From: Acidobacteriota bacterium
GTDB lineage: Bacteria; Acidobacteriota; Terriglobia; Terriglobales; Acidobacteriaceae
Length of the DNA: 64,000 bases
Direction of reading: 5' to 3'
Assembly (NCBI GenBank): GCA_021800255.1
Contig: JAJYZC010000003.1
Location: 44,475 to 108,474, forward strand
Below are positions 56,752 through 64,000 of the stretch, piece after piece (position 1 is the first letter of the stretch; the number at the start of each line of letters is the position of its first letter). The notes beneath the pieces are model-generated. The model made no database searches. It was not told the DNA's origin and was given only the letters and a program-made list of their open reading frames with translations. A program made the position numbers and the translations under genes.

Positions 56752-57567
56752 ATGCGCAGGATTGGTTCCACCCCGTTTGCATTTCCCGGCTTCACCGGGG
56801 CCACGCGCCAATTGGTCCTGCTGAATCTATGCACTTACTTCGCCCTGTTGCTGATACGATTGGCATCTGCGCCGGCGGCGAGCCAGTTGAGCTATCTGTT
56901 GGCCTTTGAGCCAAGCAAATTTTTCCACGGCGGCATCTGGCAGCCGTTTACCTATAGTTTCGTTCACTTCGGATTGCTGGAGACGCTCTTCGAACTTCTG
57001 TCTCTGTGGTTTCTGGCTGGATTCCTGGAGGGATTTCACGACGCGAACTGGGTGCTTTGGCTCTACGGGGTCTCAGTGCTGGGAACGGCCGGGGCGGCGG
57101 CGCTGATCGATCTGGCTGGCGGCGTCTTCGGCTTCTCCCCTGCCCCGATTCCGCTCTACGGCTGCTTTGGCGGCATCTTCGGCCTGCTGGTGGCCATTGG
57201 CGTGCTCTACGGCGAAACCGAGTTCCTGCTCTTTTTCGTAATCGGCATGAAGGCCAAGTATATGGCGATCATCTTCGGGCTGATCGCGATTGCCATGCTC
57301 TTCGGCGAACAGCGCATGTATGCCTTCGCGGAGCTGGGCGGAGCAGCGGCCGGACTGCTCTATGTGCGCTCTGCGCCGCGCCGCGGCATGAGCTTTGCGA
57401 TGAGCGAGGGCTGGTATGGGCTGCGTAACCGCTACTACCGCTGGAAGCGCCGCCGGACAGCCCGCAAGTTCGAGGTCTATATGCGCTCCCAGGGCCGCAC
57501 CGTGCGTTTTGACGGAGAGGGCAAGCGCATTGACGAAGACCCCAACGACAAGACGCGCTGGAATTGA
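56752..57567 (+). CDS. Rhomboid-family protein lacking the catalytic dyad
   Basis: IWQPFTYSFVH rhomboid L1 motif; GxSG reads GCFG and HLGG reads ELGG; alternative start 56743. Confidence 0.8.
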   Translation: MRRIGSTPFAFPGFTGATRQLVLLNLCTYFALLLIRLASAPAASQLSYLLAFEPSKFFHGGIWQPFTYSFVHFGLLETLFELLSLWFLAGFLEGFHDANWVLWLYGVSVLGTAGAAALIDLAGGVFGFSPAPIPLYGCFGGIFGLLVAIGVLYGETEFLLFFVIGMKAKYMAIIFGLIAIAMLFGEQRMYAFAELGGAAAGLLYVRSAPRRGMSFAMSEGWYGLRNRYYRWKRRRTARKFEVYMRSQGRTVRFDGEGKRIDEDPNDKTRWN

Positions 57568-57628
57568 GGGCATTGCAAAGATGCAAAGCCGAAAAGCGCG
57601 GTCCTTGCCCTCTCCATTAGAATGATGA

Positions 57629-59209
<1,581 letters not shown>

Positions 59210-59220
59210 CCGGCGGGCGC

Positions 59221-60360
59221 TCATCCTTCGCCCTTGGTTTCGAGTTCCAACTCCTCGAACCTGCGCAGCCGGTAAATCGCGATGGAGCCGATCCAGGTCA
59301 AGGCGAAGATGGCGATAATGCAATAGCCGAGTACGCCGAAGTTGTTGTTCAGCCGCGCCACAAAGCCCCAAAAATCGCCTTGCAAGTGCATCTGGCCGCC
59401 CAAAAGACCAAGGGCTTCCACGCCGCCCACCGCCAAAGCCACAACTACGGAGACAAAGGTGATGGTCACGTTGTAGTAGAGCTTGCGAATGGGCTTGACG
59501 TAGGCCCAGCCATAAGCGCCCAGCATGAGCACGTTGTCAGTGGTGTCGATCAGCGACATGCCCGCGGCGAAGAGCACGGGAAAGACCAGGATCGACAGCA
59601 GCGGCAGACCTTTTGCGGCCTCCGCGGCCGAGATTCCCAGCAGTCCGATCTCCGTCGCGGTGTCAAACCCAAGGCCGAAGAGCAAACCCAGCGGGTACAT
59701 GTGCCAACTGCGCCGGATCATGGCGAACAGACGCCGGAAGATGCGCGCCAGGAAGCCGCGGTTCGCGAGCAGGAGATTGAGATCCTCCTCCACATACGGC
59801 TCGCCGCGCCGCACGCTCTGGAAGGTGCGGAATACTGAACCCAGGATGACCAGGTTGACGGCGGCAATAGCCAACAGGAAGAAGGATGAGACCAGCGTCC
59901 CGACAACCGCTCCCCAACTGCGGAAGAAAGGCATATGCTGCTGCAACCTGAGCGCAGCGGCAGCAATGGCCAGCGCACCCGCCACGACGATTGTGGAATG
60001 GCCGAGTGAAAACATAAAGCCAACGGCCACGGACCGCTTGCCTTCCTGCATCAGCTTGCGAGTTACGTTGTCAATGGCGGCGATGTGATCCGCGTCCACG
60101 GCGTGGCGCAAGCCAAAGCTATAGGCTAAAAAAGCGGTGCCAAGCAAGACCGGATAGCGGTGAAAGGCCACGGCCGCCCACAGCCATGCGCCGGCATTGA
60201 ACAACGCCAGGAGCGCATAGATACCCGCAATCCTGCTTTTGATGCCCGCCGGGCTGGCGGCACGGAGATTGCCGAGCGCCCACCGGCGGGCACTGTGCCG
60301 TGGCGCAGCTAGCGATCCCTGGTCTTCGGACGTTGGCTTGGCATCGCAGTTACACATCAA
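59221..60360 (-). CDS. High-affinity Ni/Co transporter (NiCoT, HoxN/NixA family)
   Basis: RHAVDADHIAAID, FSLGHST, LFGLGFDTATE; exact start uncertain. Confidence 0.92.
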   Translation of the reverse strand: MMCNCDAKPTSEDQGSLAAPRHSARRWALGNLRAASPAGIKSRIAGIYALLALFNAGAWLWAAVAFHRYPVLLGTAFLAYSFGLRHAVDADHIAAIDNVTRKLMQEGKRSVAVGFMFSLGHSTIVVAGALAIAAAALRLQQHMPFFRSWGAVVGTLVSSFFLLAIAAVNLVILGSVFRTFQSVRRGEPYVEEDLNLLLANRGFLARIFRRLFAMIRRSWHMYPLGLLFGLGFDTATEIGLLGISAAEAAKGLPLLSILVFPVLFAAGMSLIDTTDNVLMLGAYGWAYVKPIRKLYYNVTITFVSVVVALAVGGVEALGLLGGQMHLQGDFWGFVARLNNNFGVLGYCIIAIFALTWIGSIAIYRLRRFEELELETKGEG

Positions 60361-60531
60361 AATTGAGCATCGGCTCGCTTGGCCATGCCTTCATCGGCCT
60401 TTGCGCAAGCCATTTTCTTTCAGGGAATCGTTCTACGTGCGGCAGCGCAAATTGAAGTTCATGCTGCCTAGCCCAGTATAGTCTGGCGGGGGAAAAGCAT
60501 GAGAAGAGATGTCAGGCGGTGAGGCGCATGG

Positions 60532-60565
60532 AAAACCGGCGCATCCCTCGAAGGAGATGCGCCGG
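60532..60565 (-). terminator. Intrinsic terminator ending the alpha operon
   Basis: Minus strand CCGGCGCATC...GATGCGCCGG then TTTT, downstream of rplQ. Confidence 0.8.
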
Positions 60566-60611
60566 GAGGTGTTACTGCGCGAAGGCGGGAGCGAAGAATC
60601 GCTGTATATGA

Positions 60612-61100
60612 TTACGCCGCTTCTTCGCCGCCTTGGCCTTCAGTTTCCTCTTGTTTTTTCTGCTCTTCGATCTGTTTTTCGAGTTCGGCGCGCTTTTTGG
60701 CCTTGAGATCGGCGCGCTTCTGGCGCTTGACTTCCAATTGTTTTTCAGCGCCCAGCAGCTCGATAAAGGCTTTCTCTGCTCCGTCGCCCTGCTGGAAGCC
60801 GGTGCGAACGATGCGCAGATAGCCGCCGTTGCGGTCGCCGTAGCGCGGCGCCACCACGTCGAACAGCCGCTTCACGGCATCGTCCGTGGCAAGAAAGGCG
60901 TGCGCTTGCCGGCGCGCGTTCAGATCGCCCTTCTTACCCAGGGTGATCATTTTTTCAACGTGCGGACGCACGGCCTTGGCCTTAGCTATGGTGGTTTGCA
61001 CGCGGTCTTCCTGGATGACGGACGTAGCCAAGTTGCGCAACAAGGCGCGGCGATGGCTGGTGTTGCGTCCGAGCTTGAATCCTGCATTGCGATGGCGCAT
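60612..61100 (-). CDS. rplQ: 50S ribosomal protein L17
   Basis: [32 protein letters not shown]. Confidence 0.98.
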   Translation of the reverse strand: MRHRNAGFKLGRNTSHRRALLRNLATSVIQEDRVQTTIAKAKAVRPHVEKMITLGKKGDLNARRQAHAFLATDDAVKRLFDVVAPRYGDRNGGYLRIVRTGFQQGDGAEKAFIELLGAEKQLEVKRQKRADLKAKKRAELEKQIEEQKKQEETEGQGGEEAA

Positions 61101-61160
61101 GTCTTTTCCTTCTAGGAACTGAGGGACATAGACTAAGGGCTAGCGCGGGGCGGCCTTTCC

Positions 61161-61188
61161 AGTCCCTAGTCCCTATTCCCTAGTCCCT
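61161..61188. repeat. Heptamer array (AGTCCCT)x4 in the rpoA-rplQ spacer
   Basis: agtccct agtccct attccct agtccct. Confidence 0.85.
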
Positions 61189-61193
61189 GTTTC

Positions 61194-62288
61194 TCAAAAA
61201 TTCTCCGTCTCCGTGGGCAAATGCACGTCCACTGAATCCAGGGGTTCATCCTCTTCATCGAAGCGGTTGTAGCCGGCGGCCAGCGCAGCAGCCGGGGGAA
61301 TGCTGGTCGGTCCCGGCACCGCGTTGCCGTGCTCGTCGATCTTCATGCCCAGCGACAAACCCATCTGCGCCAGGATCTCCTTGATCTCGTTCAGGCTCTT
61401 GCGGCCGAAGTTTTTGGTCTTCAGCATCTCGGCCTCAGTCTTCTGCACCAGCTCGCCGATGGTCTGGATATTGGCGTTCTTCAGGCAGTTGTAACTGCGC
61501 ACCGACAGCTCCAATTCCTCCACATTGCGGTTGAGGTTGTCGTTGCGCAGCAGAAGGCGGCCTTCCTCGCCGCGCGCCTCGGCCTCAATCTCCTCTTCAA
61601 AGTTGATGAAGATGTTCATGTGGTCCTTGAGCAGCTTGGCCGCCAGGCCCACGGCGTCGGCGGGCAGCACGGCCCCGTTGGTCCACACCTCGAGGGTCAG
61701 CTTGTCGTAGTCGGTGATCTGGCCCAGGCGGGCGGCATCGACGATATAGTTCACGCGCCGCACCGGAGAGTGGACCGAATCGACGGGAATAAAGCCCAGT
61801 CCCAGGTCGGCGTCGAAGTTCTTGTCGGCGGAGACGTATCCGCGGCCGCGCTTGAGGCGCATCTCCATCTCCAGCTTGCCGCCCTCGGAGACGGTGGCGA
61901 TATAGACGTTCTTATCCAGAATCTCCACATCGCTGTCGGCCTCGATCATTCCCGAGGTGACGACGCCGGGCTGGCCAGCGCGCAGGTACAGCGCCTTGGG
62001 ACCCTCGCCGACGAGCTTGAAGGGAATCTGTTTGAGGTTGAGAACGATGTCGGTGGCGTCCTCGACCACGCCGGTGATGGACTGGAACTCGTGCAGCACG
62101 CCCTCAATGCGGACAGCGGTGACAGCGGCGCCCTCAATGGAGCTGAGCAGGGTGCGGCGCAGGGCGTTGCCGATGGTGGTGCCAAACCCGCGCTCAAAGG
62201 GCTGGGCGCTGAATTTGCCAAACGTGTCAGTGAGCGTCTCGGCGTCTACTGCCAGACGCTTGGGCTTTTGAAATCCTCTCCACAGCAT
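61194..62288 (-). CDS. rpoA: RNA polymerase alpha subunit
   Basis: [40 protein letters not shown]; start at 62288 or 62294. Confidence 0.98.
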   Translation of the reverse strand: MLWRGFQKPKRLAVDAETLTDTFGKFSAQPFERGFGTTIGNALRRTLLSSIEGAAVTAVRIEGVLHEFQSITGVVEDATDIVLNLKQIPFKLVGEGPKALYLRAGQPGVVTSGMIEADSDVEILDKNVYIATVSEGGKLEMEMRLKRGRGYVSADKNFDADLGLGFIPVDSVHSPVRRVNYIVDAARLGQITDYDKLTLEVWTNGAVLPADAVGLAAKLLKDHMNIFINFEEEIEAEARGEEGRLLLRNDNLNRNVEELELSVRSYNCLKNANIQTIGELVQKTEAEMLKTKNFGRKSLNEIKEILAQMGLSLGMKIDEHGNAVPGPTSIPPAAALAAGYNRFDEEDEPLDSVDVHLPTETENF

Positions 62289-62355
62289 AGTCATCTCTCG
62301 TTTCTGCGCGGCATGTGCGTCGCGATGCATTTTGCGGCGGCCGCGCGAGTTCTCC

Positions 62356-62465
62356 TTTTCAGTTTTCAGTTGACGGTTCTCAGTTATCTGTTGTCAATTT
62401 CTAGTTACAAGCCGGATGGAAGCAGGCAGATAACGAACAACTGATCACTGACGACTGACAACTCT
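62356..62465. repeat. Inverted pair of heptamer arrays in the rpsD-rpoA spacer
   Basis: ttttcag ttttcag ttgacgg ttctcag ttatctg ttgtcaa tttctag versus caactga tcactga cgactga caactct. Confidence 0.75.
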
Positions 62466-63093
62466 ATTTCGAGTACAACTCCACGATCAACTGCTCGTTG
62501 ACGGGAAGGTTGACGTCCGCGCGCTTGGGCAGATGGAGCACGCGCCCAGACAGATTTTCAAAGTTAGCTTCCAGCCACGTGGGCGCGGGGTTTTGGGCGG
62601 CATACTGCGAGGCCTGCTCCACGATCTGCAGCTTCTTGGCGCCCTCGCGCACGGCAATCTCGTCGCCCACGTTCACCTGGTAAGAAGGAATGTTCACCTT
62701 GCGCGCGTTGACTGTTACGTGCCCGTGACGAACCAATTGCCTGGCCTGGCGGCGCGAGATGGCAAAGCCCAGCCGGAAGGCCACATTATCGAGGCGCCGC
62801 TCAAGCTGCTGGATGAGCAACTCGCCGGTGACGCCGGTAGCGCGGTTGGCTTTTTCGTAATATTCGCGGAACTGGCCCTCGAGCGTGAAGTACATGCGCT
62901 TGGCCTTTTGCTTTTCGTGCAGTTGCAGGCCGTAGCCCACGATCTTGGCCTTGCGATCTTTACCGTGCTGTCCGGGAGGAAAGTTGCGCTTCTCCAGCGG
63001 GCAGCGGTCTGAGGCGCATTTAGCGCCCTTCAAAAAGAGCTTGGCGCCTTCGCGCCGGCAAAGCCGGCAAACTGCTCCGGTATAACGTGCCAT
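62464..63093 (-). CDS. rpsD: 30S ribosomal protein S4
   Basis: [43 protein letters not shown]. Confidence 0.98.
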   Translation of the reverse strand: MARYTGAVCRLCRREGAKLFLKGAKCASDRCPLEKRNFPPGQHGKDRKAKIVGYGLQLHEKQKAKRMYFTLEGQFREYYEKANRATGVTGELLIQQLERRLDNVAFRLGFAISRRQARQLVRHGHVTVNARKVNIPSYQVNVGDEIAVREGAKKLQIVEQASQYAAQNPAPTWLEANFENLSGRVLHLPKRADVNLPVNEQLIVELYSK

Positions 63094-63137
63094 TTTTTTC
63101 TCCTGACTTCGGATGCCGGCCGGTTTACGCGAAAAGC

Positions 63138-63352
63138 AGCTTTCAGCCTTTAGCTCTCAGCTTTTAGCTCGTCGTGCAAGAACTATCAGCATTGGCTTGA
63201 GCTTGTATCTTACTTGCTGCAATGGGACGCTTCGTCCCGGCCCGTTGTTGTTAGGAATCAGGCACGAGGCATTCGTTGAAACGATGCAACGCTCAAATCG
63301 CTACGCGATTCCTAATCCCTATTGCCTAATGCCTATTGCCTATTGCCTGCCT
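63138..63352. repeat. Heptamer arrays in the rpsK-rpsD spacer
   Basis: agctttc agccttt agctctc agctttt (63138-63170); taggaat caggcac gaggcat (63252-63272) inverted to cctaatc cctattg cctaatg cctattg cctattg (63311-63345). Confidence 0.8.
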
Positions 63353-63353
63353 C

Positions 63354-63779
63354 TCAGACCCGCCGCCGCTTCGGCGGGCGGCAGCCGTTGTGCGGCACCG
63401 GGGTCACATCGCGGATGGACTTGACCTCAATGCCCGCGGCGGCCAGTGCGCGGATGGCCGACTCGCGGCCCGACCCCGGTCCGGCGACGCGCACATCCAC
63501 GGTGCGCACGCCGTGGTCGCGCGCCATCGACGCAGCGGTTGAAGCCGCCAACTGCGCCGCGAAGGGAGTGCCCTTGCGCGACCCGCGCATACCCTGGAGC
63601 GAGCCTGAGCTTTTCCAGCTCAAGGTATTGCCCACCGGGTCAGTGATGGTGACGATAGTGTTGTTGAACGAGGCTTGAATGTGCGCAATTGCGAACGGCA
63701 CATTCTTGCGCTCGCGCTTCTTAAACTTCTTGCCCTTGCCGCTTTTGCCAGCGGCGCCTTTCTGCTCCGTCTTCGCCAT
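63354..63779 (-). CDS. rpsK: 30S ribosomal protein S11
   Basis: [44 protein letters not shown]. Confidence 0.98.
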   Translation of the reverse strand: MAKTEQKGAAGKSGKGKKFKKRERKNVPFAIAHIQASFNNTIVTITDPVGNTLSWKSSGSLQGMRGSRKGTPFAAQLAASTAASMARDHGVRTVDVRVAGPGSGRESAIRALAAAGIEVKSIRDVTPVPHNGCRPPKRRRV

Positions 63780-64000
63780 TATGTCTTCGCCGTCGCTTTC
63801 TTCTTGCCAGCAATCGTGCCCTTGCGCGGGCCCTTGCGAGTGCGGGCATTGGTGTGGGTGCGCTGACCGCGCACCGGCAGCGACCGCCGGTGACGGCTGC
63901 CGCGGTAACTTTGAATGTCGATGAGGCGCTTGATGTGCATCTGGACATCCTTGCGCAGGTCGCCCTCGACGCCGCCTTCATCCTCAATCACCTGACGGAT
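63779..64000 (-). CDS. rpsM: 30S ribosomal protein S13 (3' part; the gene starts beyond the window)
   Basis: [19 protein letters not shown]...[17 protein letters not shown]; TAATG overlap with rpsK. Confidence 0.97.
   Translation of the reverse strand: MRQVIEDEGGVEGDLRKDVQMHIKRLIDIQSYRGSRHRRSLPVRGQRTHTNARTRKGPRKGTIAGKKKATAKT

Noticed and set aside
60361-60611. Cobalamin or NiCo riboswitch upstream of the NiCoT gene
   Set aside because: No B12-box or four-way-junction motif recognised; the evident hairpin is the rplQ terminator.

Overview
High-GC bacterial chromosomal window, most likely from an Acidobacteriota (Terriglobia-like) genome. The taxonomic call is an inference from the Oar-type TonB receptor, the tsaB-rimI-psd-pssA-asd-like order and protein style. 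From left to right it holds: (1) housekeeping genes (Cys/Met lyase, tsaB, rimI, psd, pssA, Asd-like protein, dGTPase, TPR protein, purH, rhomboid, ETF/FadF-like module); (2) a surface-polysaccharide locus at about 17.3-30.2 kb; (3) an MFS transporter, a TonB-dependent receptor, ppk1, trmO and queE; (4) an IS630-like relic, then a sigma28-type promoter and a cheA-cheW-mcp-cheY-cheB-cheR-cheX operon; (5) cobB, qor, a GT2, a thioesterase, mrp, a LysW-like protein, an M28 peptidase, a rhomboid pseudoprotease, guaB and a NiCoT transporter; (6) the end of the alpha ribosomal operon (rpsM partial, rpsK, rpsD, rpoA, rplQ). No rRNA, tRNA or CRISPR array was seen. The strongest novelty candidate is a single 844-aa ORF that fuses a kinase-less polysaccharide co-polymerase to an OPX/Wza export protein through an internal signal-peptide-like helix, suggesting a cleavable or tethered export polyprotein. 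Other notable items are a GT4 gene split from its C-terminal helix, a REP-like palindrome translated inside QueE, paired heptamer arrays in gene spacers, and several apparent pseudoenzymes. All calls come from manual reading and motif recall; no database search was run.
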